64,000 nucleotides of DNA from Octopus vulgaris. Lineage: Eukaryota. Below, in pieces: positions 12,916 through 25,529 of the stretch. Below the pieces are notes generated by a model. The model was not told where the DNA came from. It saw nothing but the letters and a program-made list of their open reading frames with translations, and did no database searches. Location: contig CATOCA020000008.1 of the NCBI GenBank assembly GCA_951406725.2, positions 78,072-142,071 of the forward strand, in the 5' to 3' direction. Made by a program: the position numbers and the translations under genes. Position 1 is the first letter of the stretch. Each line of letters begins with the position of its first letter.

Positions 12916-13330
12916 TATTTCTTTATTGCCCACAGGGGTCTAAACATAGAGGGGACAAACAAGGACAGACAAACGGATTAAGTGGATTATATCGACTCCA
13001 GTGCGTAACTGGTACTTTTTTAATCGACCCCGAAAGGATGAAAGGCAAAGTCGACCTCGGCGGAATTTGAACCCAGAACGTAGCGGCATACGAAATACCT
13101 ATTTCTTTACTACCCATAAAGGGCTAAACACAGAGAGGACGAACAAGGACAGACAGACGGATTAAGTCGATTATATCGACCCCAGTGCGTAACTGGTACT
13201 TATTTAATCGACCCCGAAAGGATGAAAGGCAAAGTCGATCTCGGCGGAATTTGAACTCAGAACGTAACGGTAGACGAAATACGGTTATGCATTTCGCCCG
13301 GCGTGCTAATGATTCTGCCAACTCGCCGCC
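12916..13330 (-). mobile_element. Tandem (dimeric) tRNA-derived SINE: full monomer 13100-13330 + 5'-truncated monomer 12916-13099
   Basis: A-box-like TGGCAGAATCATTAGC and B-box GAGTTCAAATTCC on the minus strand; the monomers are highly similar; both end in a CCC..TGGG.ARTAAAGAAATA tail. Confidence 0.85.
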
Positions 13331-14284
13331 TTTCTCATAAATGTGACAGTCTCAAGAGAAGTATTTTGGTCGACTTGATTGTCTCAACCGGTCAAGGCTC
13401 AAGCATGACTTCAGTTCATTGAGTGAAACAAGAATAACAGAATAAAGTTGCAATTTGGCGACCTTGTATGTCTGATATAAATATATATGCGGAGCCATGG
13501 CGAATGCATTCGGGAATTTCGTGAATGTGAGGATAAAATATCTTAACAATAAGGACAACAAGAGAATTGTTTATATGTGAAACGTAAACTAAACAGTGAA
13601 CTTTGCATAGAAATTTTATTAATGCTGAGAGATTTGTAGCAAATTATTGTCTTCAATGAGATAATATCTTCACACAAAGAAATGCAAGGTAAAGAGAATA
13701 TATATCAGAGAAATAACAAGCAAAACACCTTCTCTATGACAATACTTTAAGAAAACGCTTAAAAATATAGAAAGTAGCGGAAGAATAGCCCTGCGAAACA
13801 GGTGAGATACCACGATTGTTATTTGATAAAGAATCAAAGGCAAACGGTAAAACATAATGGATAAACGTTAAAAGTTAATAATGGTGGACGTGGGAAAGTC
13901 TTTGTTTAACAAATTTGAACGACGCCCAAGCGAAAAGAAACTGCAATAAGTTATTCTGGATTATATTATTTAGTGACAAATATGCATATACACATAGACA
14001 TACACACAATCATATATAAATACTCGCATACATGCATACATACACACACAAACATATTTAACAAAGCAAAATGCTTGATCATTGAAAGACTCACACATAG
14101 ATGCACATACGCATGCATGTTTGACCAAACCAGAAGTATACGCATTGAAGCACACACGCGCAGGTACGCACACATAGGCACACATATGCACACCCATACA
14201 TGCCTGTTATCTTTTACTTGTTTCAGTCGTTGGACTGAGGTCATGCTGGAGCATACATAGACACACACACACATACATACATAT

Positions 14285-14945
14285 GGCGCCCAGTTCTGGC
14301 GTTTGTATGACATTCAATGCCGAAATGAGGTACTAGCCCTTCTAGAGTTTTCCATATGTAGATTAATGCATATCTCTCACATCTTTGCTCCAGGGAGTAA
14401 AGCTGCAGTTTTCTCAGCCTTTCCCTGTAGCTCATCCATGACACTGTTTCAATCTTGTCAGTGTAGTGGCGTTGGACTGCTTCAAGCTCCGCTGTTAGTT
14501 TGGCACTATGTAGTGACCATAACTGGGAGCAGCAATCCAGGCGGCTAAGATCAAAGTTCTCCATAGTGCCAACATAGTTTCTTGGCCTCTTGTCTTGAAG
14601 GACCTTAGTATCCATCCAGCCAGTTGTTTGCACTTTGCTGCCATCTTGGCAATGTGCATATGAAATGATACGTCATTGCACATACTGATCCCCAAGTCTT
14701 TCACTGCCTGTGACTCTGGGACATTGGCTGCAACTGCCTAACTACGGTCTTTGAGGAACATGAAGCCACTCCGCCAGTTTACTAGCAATGCCAATGTCTC
14801 GCAGCTTATGACATCTCATGCCATGACCAACCTTATCAAATGCCTTTGGAAAGTCAAGGTATATCTCGCTGACATCTCAATGTTCAAGCAGCTGTTTCAA
14901 GACTCAGTCATAGTGGTGTAGTTGTGTGAGGCAGCGTCTTCCTAT
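14285..14945 (-). mobile_element. Decayed CR1-group LINE RT fragment
   Basis: YLDFPKAFDKV, VKDLGISM, SRLDCCSQLWS, YSLEQRCERY. Confidence 0.8.
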
Positions 14946-15015
14946 ATCTAATTTTATATCAATATAGACAGATAGACAGACAAACAGATAGATAAATAGA
15001 TAAATAGGCACAGCC

Positions 15016-15056
<41 letters not shown>

Positions 15057-15064
15057 GGGGGGGT

Positions 15065-15521
15065 GTATAAACTCTATCTCAACTCTCACCAACTCGCCGG
15101 GAGCGCTACATCATTTGTGTGATGTGGAAAATATTCCATCAATATTGCACAAATGATGTTGGCATCAGTTTTAAAATCCATTCAAGACTTGGCACCTGTA
15201 CTATCCACTCACTACAAAATTCGAACTCAGGACACATAACAGCATTACGTCACAATTACTTTACCTCAACCAGTCCAGCTCTATTTAATACTATACCAAA
15301 ATACGTCAAAACGGAAACGGATCCCATAAAATTAAAAAGTTCACTGAACAAATTTCTTCAAAAAATCCCAGACCAACCTCCTACACCGGGATATGTCTCC
15401 AACAATTATAACTCTTTGCTAGACTGGGCCATGGTACCCCATATATGACTAAATGACTTCACCAGGGGGTGATATTAAGTTAGACATGGTTTGGGTCTAT
15501 ACTGTTCGAAACCTATCAAAG

Positions 15522-15525
<4 letters not shown>
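15065..15525 (+). mobile_element. CR1-group LINE 3' fragment
   Basis: MWKIF..SPALFNTIPK..KFLQKIPDQPPTPGY..NSLLDW. Confidence 0.75.
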
Positions 15526-15554
<29 letters not shown>

Positions 15555-15556
<2 letters not shown>

Positions 15557-17014
15557 TTCAGTAAAATTTAGATTCAGATGAATATGGTACTTAAGTTAAA
15601 GGCACCAGAATTTGGTATGGTATTATCCATATAATTCAAAATGGGGTGACTATAATCAAAATAAGCAACAAGGATATCCAAAGGTAATACAGTACGATCG
15701 TTTCATGCGACTAAATTTAATTAAACAATGCAAGTATTACATCAGTTTTAAAATGTAGAGCAATCTTCAGATGCTTATGAATATAGAATTTAGTTAAATT
15801 GAAAAGATTCATTTTTATAGTTATTCCTTTTACCAACATCACAAAGAGGGTAAGTAGGTAGACAGAGAAACAAGTTTCATCAACAAAAACATGGTAGTAA
15901 TTAATATTTTTTCATGGAGACACTACTTATCATTGATTTTACTTTGCTATTTAGATTTACTACTGGGGGAGGGGTTTAATACTATTCTATCAGGTCTAGT
16001 GGAGAAAAATAAGAATATATCTTTTATAGATAGAGAAAGAGCCAGTTTAAGTGGCAAAGCCATAAATCAAGTTCCCTTTGAAAGAACTCATTTGGTTCAG
16101 TTGAATATATTTCAGCTAAAATTAGTAGGCCAAAACTGATGGGGTGGGGAAGATAGAAACTTCTAATATTAACTACTTAACACCCATAATCCTAATCGAG
16201 ATTTGAAATAAATAGGTATAATTTAGATCGTTTTATTTTTCAAAGAATTCGAATAATTTTAGTATTTTATACAAAATAAGGATGGGGAATATAGAAATAA
16301 TTTCATATCTATATAAATATAAATCAAATTAATATAAATAGTAATTTATTGGTATTAATGAGTTAAATTAAAGGAATATGCTAAACATTTCATATATTTT
16401 CTACATGCTAATGATTTTAGAATGTATTTCTTGCGTTATATAATATATAGTGAATGATAACAGTATGGTTCTGTACAGGTTAAGTGTGAACCCAAGAGAA
16501 ATGTATTATCAGTAATATGAAGATAGTTTTACATCATGAAAACAAGCCATTTTTTAACAAGAGAGATATTTGTTGCCAAAGCTGTTTCGCTATAAAATTG
16601 GTTAAGTGGGTTCAGCTTTGTCCCAGTATTTTAAAGCGCTTCCCCGATAGAGGGCCTCTTTTTCATAGCATCGAAGTAGATCTTAGTTTAGGTTTAAAGT
16701 CCAAGTAAAATTAGAGAACTAATTATGTCTTCTTAGATGGCTTACTGCTGCTGTAGTGTTGTTTCCATCGGTGGCGTTGTTATTAATTTTAGCCATGATC
16801 GTGTTAACAAAATTCCACGCGATAAAAGGTATATGTTTTAAAATTAGTATAAATACGTTGGAAAGTAAAAGGTGTTACTCTTATTTGTAATTGGGGAAAT
16901 AAACCCGTTACTGGTTTAGGCTGAAGGAGTCAGCATAAATATAGAAGAAAACGTTCAAAAAGAAATTTTAAACGGCTTTCTACTCCTGCACGTCTGATAG
17001 TGACAACGCCATCC
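15555..17014 (-). mobile_element. Probable decayed Penelope-like element (3' terminus at left)
   Basis: 15575-15710 is homologous to the PLE terminus at 28490-28625 (GAATATGGTAC..GCACCA..TGGGGTGA.TATAA..AAGCAACAAG..GTAC.ATCGTTTCAT); degenerate CTGAAGA..GAAACGATCGTA on the minus strand; right boundary uncertain. Confidence 0.5.
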
Positions 17015-17984
17015 TGTATGTATGTATGTATGTATGTATGTATGTATGTATGTATGTATGTATGTATGTATGTATGTATGTATGTATGTATGTATGTATG
17101 TACGTACGTACTTACATACGCACGTACATACATACATACATACATACATACATACATACATACATACATACATACATACAGGATGGCGTTGTCACTATCA
17201 GACGTGCAGGAGTAGAAAGCCGTTTAAAATTTCTTTTTGAACGTTTTCTTCTATATTTATGCTGACTCCTTCAGCCTAAACCAGTAACGGGTTTATTTCC
17301 CCAATTACAAATAAGAGTAACACCTTTTACTTTCCAACGTATTTATACTAATTTTAAAACATATACCTTTTATCGCGTGGAATTTTGTTAACACGATCAT
17401 GGCTAAAATTAATAACAACGCCACCGATGGAAACAACACTACAGCAGCAGTAAGCCATCTAAGAAGACATAATTAGTTCTCTAATTTTACTTGGACTTTA
17501 AACCTAAACTAAGATCTACTTCGATGCTATGAAAAAGAGGCCCTCTATCGGGGAAGCGCTTTAAAATACTGGGACAAAGCTGAACCCACTTAACCAATTT
17601 TATAGCGAAACAGCTTTGGCAACAAATATCTCTCTTGTTAAAAAATGGCTTGTTTTCATGATGTAAAACTATCTTCATATTACTGATAATACATTTCTCT
17701 TGGGTTCACACTTAACCTGTACAGAACCATACTGTTATCATTCACTATATATTATATAACGCAAGAAATACATTCTAAAATCATTAGCATGTAGAAAATA
17801 TATGAAATGTTTAGCATATTCCTTTAATTTAACTCATTAATACCAATAAATTACTATTTATATTAATTTGATTTATATTTATATAGATATGAAATTATTT
17901 CTATATTCCCCATCCTTATTTTGTATAAAATACTAAAATTATTCGAATTCTTTGAAAAATAAAACGATCTAAATTATACCTATT
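16211..17984. repeat. ~1.77-kb near-perfect palindrome centred on (TATG)n/(CATA)n
   Basis: 16211-17014 is the reverse complement of ~17180-17984; identical 63-aa ORFs at 16517(+) and 17487(-). Confidence 0.95.
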
Positions 17985-18129
17985 CCCAATTACAAATAAG
18001 AGTAGCACCTTTTACTTTTTATGTACGTACGTACATACATACATACATACATACATACATACATACATACATACATACATACATACATACATACATACAT
18101 ACATACATACATACAGGAATATGTGTGTT

Positions 18130-19408
18130 TGTATGTATGCCTCTTAATTAAAATAAATCTTCAACTGAGGTGCGAGCCGGTTTCCAACAAAGATACAAGA
18201 CTCCATCTTTGGGATGTAGTTAACACAGACAAATTCACATTTGGAACTTGAAAAAAGTCTTGCATATTTTTACTATACAACTCACAGATTGCACTTGTAA
18301 TGTAATCAATCATCCAGTCAATTTCTCTTTCTGAAGATCCCAGTTTATCCAGATTCTCTTTTAAGCATTTGCTAACAAAACGTAGTGCTCCAATTAATAT
18401 TGGTATGTATATGAATTTATAGTCTGGATATAGAAGCTAGAGGTATCGAAGCAGTTGTACATAGATATTCTCTTTTCTTTGATTTTGAAAGAGATAATTA
18501 TATCTGCAGGGTAGTTGACCTCTATGATGGTACATACCCGTATCCATCTGTCCCAAACAACAATATCTGGCATGTTATGTTTACATTTGACAGACGTTTT
18601 GATGGGAATGTTCCACCAGTATTCCTTGAGTTGGTGTTTATGAATGTTTTCTAAGTTTATTTCAGGTTTGTGCGGGTGGCATTGTAAATTGTTTTAGCAA
18701 CAACATCGTACCGCATAGGGAGGTAATACCGTGACGACATTTTAGGACAGCCGCTAATCACATGCGTAATGTCTTCCACAGAAACATGACATAGCCTACA
18801 CATGCGATTGCACCTTGGGATTACAAGAGCGTCACTGTCCCTCTTGTTCACCAGGTACCTGGTGGAAATTTCCTGTTCCTGGATTGCAAACGCATAGCCT
18901 TCAAAGTGTGATGTGATGAAGTGGTATTGTATCCAAGAGAGGCTGCGCTTCGTATCAATTCTACTGTCTTTTTCAAGCTTCTGGGCAACATACCCATGCA
19001 TGGTCTTTTTTTTGTATGCTGATTGCTTTCCACCCAAGTCTTCTCTCAGGTAAGAGAGCCAAGCTATTTTGGAGCTGTATAGGAGATCATCAGGATGAGA
19101 GTGCTTCTTGAGGAGTTCACTGCCAACTCGTTCAATGTTGCTCATGCCTCTTTTCAGCACTGTATTAATATATTTATTTTTGCTGCCGTTGTTTAGCAGG
19201 TGCTGCCTGGGTGATACCATACGGCATTCGAAGGCCGTCTGCACTAATTTCAGTCCTCTACCACCTTCACTTTTTCTGAGGGAGAGCCTGTCAGCATCAC
19301 TGTTTCTGTGGAAGTTCCCAGTGGTTGTCAGGATTTTGCATGCTTTGATATCTATGGAGTGGATTTCCTCTACAGACCAATCAAGTATCCCAAATTTTGG
19401 GATCATTA
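18130..19408 (-). mobile_element. 5'-truncated R4/Dong-like RLE non-LTR retrotransposon
   Basis: DRL..EGGRGL; AIQEQEISTR; CRLC..EDITHVISGC knuckle; downstream WWNIPI..HNMPDIVVWD..IEV restriction-like endonuclease remnant. Confidence 0.85.
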
Positions 19409-19519
19409 GTATGTATGTATATGCACAAACACATACACATGTATGTATGTATGTATGTATGTATGTATGTATGTATGTATGTATGTATGTATGTATGTAT
19501 GTATGTATGTGCAGAGTTG

Positions 19520-19760
19520 TATGTTTTATGTATATATTCTCTTAGAGTTACATATCTAAACATGCTCATATATATTTAAATGAAAAACTTCTGGAAAGTT
19601 TTACAGATTTTTACAGTTCCAGTGATGGATTGGATCTGTAGTCTTCGAATTAACCTTCTCCTTTCTGGTTTTAAGAAGCCTAATTTCTTGGTATTTAGGC
19701 AGTGTGTTACATATCCCAGGGCCCTAACAATTACGGGTATAAACCTGAACTTGTATGTAT
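19520..19760 (-). mobile_element. Short 3' fragment of a related R4/Dong-like element
   Basis: YKFRFIPVIVRALG..TVKICKTFQKF, homologous to the C-terminus at ~18240-18430. Confidence 0.7.
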
Positions 19761-20033
19761 GCATGCATGCATGCATACAGATTCCATGATAAGATGGAAA
19801 GGATGTTCATAGTGTTGAAATGACAGTTTGATAGGTAAATGAATAAAGTTAGAGGCAACAATCTCGGAAAAAAATCAAAAGTCATTTACAACTGTTTCTA
19901 GAATAGTTGCGGAGTTCGTCACACTGCCTGATGTTGTAGGCATGTATGTATATTTTAGCACACACACTCTTTGTGGTGACTATGGAGTCGCTAAATGCTC
20001 TGGGGAGAGCTTGAAAAGTAAATTAGAAATCTT

Positions 20034-20460
20034 AGGCGCAGGAGTGGCTATGTGGTAAGTAGCTTCCTTACCAACCACATGGTTCTGGGTTCAGTCCCAC
20101 TGCGTGGCACCTCGGGCAAATGTCTTCTACTATAGCTTAGGGCCGACCAAAGCCTTATGAGTGGATTTGGTAGACGGAAACTGAAAGAAGCCCGTCGTAT
20201 ATATATATGTATATGTATATATATGTGTGTATGTGTGTGTGTGTGTGTGTGTGTGTTTGTCCCCCAACATCGCTTGACAACCAATACTGGTGTGTTTATG
20301 TACTCGTAACTTAGCGGTTCGGCAAACAAGACCGATAGAATAAGTACTAAGCTTACAAAGAATAAGTCCTGGGGTCGATTTGCTCGACTAAAGGCGGTGC
20401 TCCAGCATGGCCGCAGTCAAAATGACTGAAACAAGTAGAAGAGTAAAAGAGTAAGAAAAG
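20034..20460 (+). mobile_element. tRNA-derived SINE with CR1-group LINE-like tail
   Basis: GGCGCAGGAGTGGCTATGTGGTAAG..GGGTTCAGTCCC head, internal (TA)(TG) tract, tail GGCGGTGCTCCAGCATGGCCGCAGTC..GACTGAAACAAG. Confidence 0.9.
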
Positions 20461-20808
20461 AATAATTTTCTGCCTTTTGCTCCAGACGTTAGAAAGCTGT
20501 CTGGCTGTTATCGGGTAACTTATTTTTAGAGGAACATGATATTTCTTGCCAAATGAATAAAATAAAGATATTGGCCGGCAATAAGTGTATGTGCATGTGT
20601 CAGTGTATCTATATAAATATACTTACACGCAATGGCAACGACTACGTGTGTATGTATGTATGTATGTATGTATGTATGTATGTATGTATGTATGTATGTA
20701 TGTATGTATGTATGTATGTATGTATGTATGTTTGTATATATATATATATATTGATAAAAATGGTAAGACAACAAAAGAAAGAGACCTCGATATTATGTAA
20801 ATAGAGGA

Positions 20809-21030
20809 ATTTATCTGTAAATGTAATATGTGACAATTATTCGGTAGCCATGATAAAACTCCGAGTTTCGGATGCCGAGGTGGAAATCCACGCCGCCATC
20901 TCTTCATAGCATTTTTCCGATGGCCGGATAACGGAAGAGATGGTGGTGTGGATTTCCACCTCGGCATCCGAAACACAGAGTTTTATCATGGCTACCGAAT
21001 AATTGTCACGTATTACATTTACAGATAAAT
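20809..21030. repeat. ~220-bp foldback (hairpin) element
   Basis: ~97-bp inverted arms ATTTATCTGTAAATGTAATA..CCATCTCTTC / GAAGAGATGG..TATTACATTTACAGATAAAT around a ~28-nt loop. Confidence 0.9.
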
Positions 21031-21909
21031 ATATATATATATATATATAAATAGATAGGTGAATGAATTATCCTATGTTTATCGTCAGCATGGAAAATTC
21101 TTTAAACCGATACCAGGGTAGCAAATTCACGTCAGAAACACGGTTGAAGCGACCTGTCCATGGGTAGTTTGGCGTCTTAAAGACAATAATATAGAATGTA
21201 AGTTAGATTGGTTCATACTGTCTGTATCCTTTCCTTTTGATAAGGGCAGGAGATTTTGTAACATTTGCGACTCTGAACTCTTCCATATCCTCTTCTCTAA
21301 GGTTCCCCTTGTAAACACTCATAGAGAAATCGTACAAATGTAAACACTGGCAGAAACATACTTTTTACTCATATAAATGATTACGATAGGCATTGTGGTT
21401 TGAACAATTAGCTTAACGTGCACTCCACTTCAATAACGAAATTCTTTCCTAAGCCTTTGAACATTCTTTTAATCAACGTACCCTTCCCTCTCCACTTGTT
21501 CCCTACCTATTATTCCTTTAACCCTTCTCTTCCTACTATCTAAATAAATGAGTGGAAATTTTACCGGTGAGTGTGTTAAATTATAAGGCCCTAAAAGAGA
21601 ATAACTCTCCCCAGACACAACAGAATATACTTCAACACACGAATCTTGCAAACCAAATCCAAAAACGAAATATATACATACTAGTATTATAACCAGATTT
21701 CATTCGGGTCTACTCGGGCCACATTTTAAAGAGGAGGAATTTTGTCCTAGAGGCCACGGCTTTCAATTGAGCAAACTCAAAGTTACCATGCAAACTCCCC
21801 AGCACTTTTAATAGAGGTGTGCAAATTTTCAGGTCAATCCGAACACATTTATTAACACTTTTGCCTGCACAACTGCTTGTGAGACAACGTCAGCCTTTTT
21901 CAGAAATAT

Positions 21910-21974
<65 letters not shown>

Positions 21975-22152
21975 ATAATAATTAAACTGCAGTTTCTGCA
22001 AGATTACTCGTAACACACGTGGGTATTTGAGGATAAATACGTATTATCATTCGGCTGTATATTTTTAGAAGTGTCGGTTGAATATCAGTTATGCGTTGAC
22101 GCTTGATCGCGTACATATTTAATTCTAACACTCTCAACTCTATATTTGAAAT

Positions 22153-22220
22153 GCTGCACTGATGAGGTGAAATAAGTAAGTAAATATAACTTTACTTTAA
22201 TCCCGAAACGCGTATGTAGC
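22153..22220 (+). ncRNA. Type I minimal hammerhead ribozyme motif (PLE-type)
   Basis: GCTGCA-CTGATGA-GG..CC-GAAACGCGTA-TGTAGC; stem I GCTGCA/TGTAGC pairs; palindromic ACGCGT helix III. Confidence 0.75.
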
Positions 22221-22398
22221 TAATCTGAGTCGTGTGGATTCGTTATTTTTTCTCTTTGCCTACGTAAAAAATGTGTGTTACTGTCTGGGAGATATTTATG
22301 GTAGTGGAGAAGGTATTTTAATTACTATTTCTAAATTCGGTGCGTGGCTAAGCAATTAGCTGAGCCCTGATTATAATTACGCTTATAATTACGCTTAT

Positions 22399-22551
22399 AG
22401 GCGCAGGTAAGTAGCTTGTTTACCAACCACATGGTTCCGGGTTCAATCCCACTGCGTGGCACCTTGGGCAAGTGTCTTCTACTATAGCCTCGGGCCAACC
22501 AAAGCCTTGTGAGTGGATTTGGTAGACGGAAACTGAAAGAAGCCCGTGGTA

Positions 22552-22606
<55 letters not shown>

Positions 22607-22822
22607 ATGTTTGCGTGTCTGTGTTTGTCCCCCTAGGATTGCTTGACAACAGATGCTGGTGTGTTTATGTCCCTGTCACTTAGCGGTTCGGCAAAAGAGA
22701 CCGATAGAATAAGTACTGGGCTTACAAAGAATAAGTCCCGGGGTCGATTTGCTCGATTAAAGGCGGTGCTCCAGCATGGCCGCAGTCAAAATGACTGAAA
22801 CAAGTAAAAAGAAAAGAAAAAG
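22399..22822 (+). mobile_element. tRNA-derived SINE (same family as 20034)
   Basis: Co-linear homology including B-box GGTTCAATCCC and the tail; A-box deleted. Confidence 0.9.
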
Positions 22823-22891
22823 AAAGAATTATAGAATATTTATATATATATATGTAGAAGGTTGAAAAGGAACAGACGAGTTGATATATAT

Positions 22892-23100
22892 ATATGGAAA
22901 AAAAAGTCAAGGTAGAAAATGTTAAAACGATTTTATAAAAACATTTCAGTACCGGTTTCGGTCATTGAAACTTTTTCAACTATAAGTATGGAAAAGAATT
23001 AAATTTTGGAAAAATAAAATGAAAAGTATTTTAAAGCTGGTACTGAAATGTTTTTTATAAAATTATTTTAGAATTTTCTACCTGGACTTTTTTCCATATA
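22892..23100. repeat. Short element with ~60-bp imperfect terminal inverted repeats, possibly PLE-derived
   Basis: GGAAAAAAAAGTCAAGGTAGAAAAT..CATTTCAGTACC / GGTACTGAAATG..ATTTTCTACCTGGACTTTTTTCC; minus strand has GACCGAAACCGGTACTG (hammerhead-like 3' half). Confidence 0.6.
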
Positions 23101-23214
23101 TATATATATATACGGTTCAAATATACAAAAAAAAAACAAAAGATAGAGACAGGTGAGGGAACAACAAAGTGTATAAGTTTAATGATCTGGAAAAATGAAA
23201 AACATTTTGCTGTT

Positions 23215-23263
<49 letters not shown>

Positions 23264-23598
23264 GCATATTGTAGGGCATCCCCGTGAATTCGTAACAGAC
23301 GAACTGTAGACTACGACTTTTACTGCGGACATGAATTGCTTAAGGAAATACACACACACACACAAACACACACACACGATTTTATTGAACAATAGATTTG
23401 ATGGCATTATGTTATTTCTATGGTTTGCAATAGTTGTACTAACGTGTAAGTGACAAATCAAACACCTTACAGCGTGAAGACATGAATAAAAATTGTATGA
23501 ATGCACGGTGCATTCACGTCCCAGCCATTTATTCGTAACCGAATGAATAGCAGGTGTAGTGTGTGAAGTAAATGCTTAAAGTATGTGATCCCTTCTCA

Positions 23599-23674
<76 letters not shown>

Positions 23675-23930
23675 TTGTGTGTGTGTGTGTGTGTGCGTGT
23701 ATTAATGCTTCTTTTCATGTTCAGTTATAATAAAAACAATTTTACATTTATCTCAATACTTTTCTAGAGTACAAATTTATTATTCTTTACTAAGAATATT
23801 ATTAACAGTGACTTCGAAGTTTCGGTCAGCTAAGCCATCAGTATTATTCTTGTTAACGAATAATAAATTTGATATAAATACACGCACGTACGCGCGCGTG
23901 CGCGCACACACACACACACAAGTTTATGTA

Positions 23931-25220
23931 TTATGTTAGCAACTAAGTTCCCTCCATTTTTTTTTAGATTTTGGAATTTATTGCGTTTCTAAATTTTCGA
24001 ATCTATTTTTTTTCGAGAATTCTATTTTTGAATCATTTTAGAATCTATTTTGTTTTCTTTTCTAGTTAATTTTAGTTAATTTTTGTTTATTTTCAGATCA
24101 TTAAAATGGAATGTCAAGTTAAGAAAAACGAGCATTTTCGACACCTCCTTTTTGCTTTTAATCAAGGTTCTAAGGCCGCAAAAGCTGCTCGCGACATTTG
24201 TGCTGTGTATGGAAAGGGTGCCATAGCTGAAGGAACCGCTCGTGATTGGTATGCCAAGTTCAAAAATGGAAATTTTGACTTCAAAGACGCACCTCGTTCT
24301 GGCCGTCCAGTTGAGTTTGATGAAGAGCAATTAAGCCAACTTTAGCAGGAAAATTCTCGTCAAACGACAAGGGAACTGGCAGAGCAAATGGAATGCTCCC
24401 ACACTGCTATAGAGAAGCATCTTCACTCGATGGGAAAAGTTCAGAAGTATGGACCATGTGTTCCGCATGCTTTAAGTGACAACAACAAAAAGCAACGAGC
24501 ATCAATCTCCGCTGGTTTGCTTGCTCGTCACCGCTCAACTCATGGACATAAGCAACGATTTCTTTACCGAATCGTTACTGGCGACGAAAGATGGTATCTG
24601 TACATCGATATGACGTAGAGTAAGGAATGGCTTAGCCCCGGTAAACAAGCGACACCGCGCGTGAAACAAGATTTTTATCCCCGTAAAATGTTGTGCGTAT
24701 AGTGTGACTGGGAAGGGATTATCCATTATGAATTGCTTGAACGGAAACAAACGGTCAACGCGGAACTCTATGTTCAACAGATGGAACGACTCAACATGGC
24801 TATTCAAGGGAAAAGACCTAATCGGCAGCATGGAGTTCTACTTCTGCACGACAACGCCTACCTTCATATCACCAATATGACCAACGAAGCCATTGAAACG
24901 CATGGCTGGGAAGTGCTGCCACACCCGCCGTACTCTCCTGATTTGGCACCAACGGATTTCCACCGCTTTCGATCTCTTTTAAATGCTATTTGCGGAGTTT
25001 CATTCGATACTGATGCAGAATTGAGAGCTTAGTTGGGTCAATTTTTCGAGTCGAAATCGGGTAAAGTCTACCAACGAGGTATTGAAAATCTTGTTGAACG
25101 TTGGGAAGATGTTGTAAACAACAAGGGTGAATATATTATTGATTAATTAGTTGTTATTTTTTAAAAACCTTTTAGAAATTTAAATTTAAAAAAACGGCAG
25201 GAACTTAGTTGCCAACCCAA
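23931..25220 (+). mobile_element. Full-length decayed mariner (DD34D) transposon
   Basis: TIRs TTATGTTAGCAACTAAGTTCC / GGAACTTAGTTGCCAACCCAA with TA on both sides; transposase 24106-~25146 with RSGRP, VPHAL, IVTGDERW, HDNA, YSPDLAPTD and in-frame stops. Confidence 0.93.
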
Positions 25221-25243
25221 TATGTATATATAAATATACGTAC

Positions 25244-25380
<137 letters not shown>

Positions 25381-25529
25381 TGCGTATAAGCTTGCATATA
25401 GGAACGCATTGAAAGACATTAACAACCTCCATTGTAAGCTCAGCATGGACCTCGGACTACTGAATAAGACACATCTAACCACACCCCACACCCTAAATCA
25501 TACACAGCTAACCCCATCCCACTTCATCC

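Noticed and set aside
20034-20110. tRNA genes at SINE heads
   Set aside because: They have A/B boxes but continue into SINE body and tail; no full cloverleaf seen.
21060-21900. Unassigned non-repetitive stretch as a possible exon
   Set aside because: No convincing ORF, motif or splice structure.
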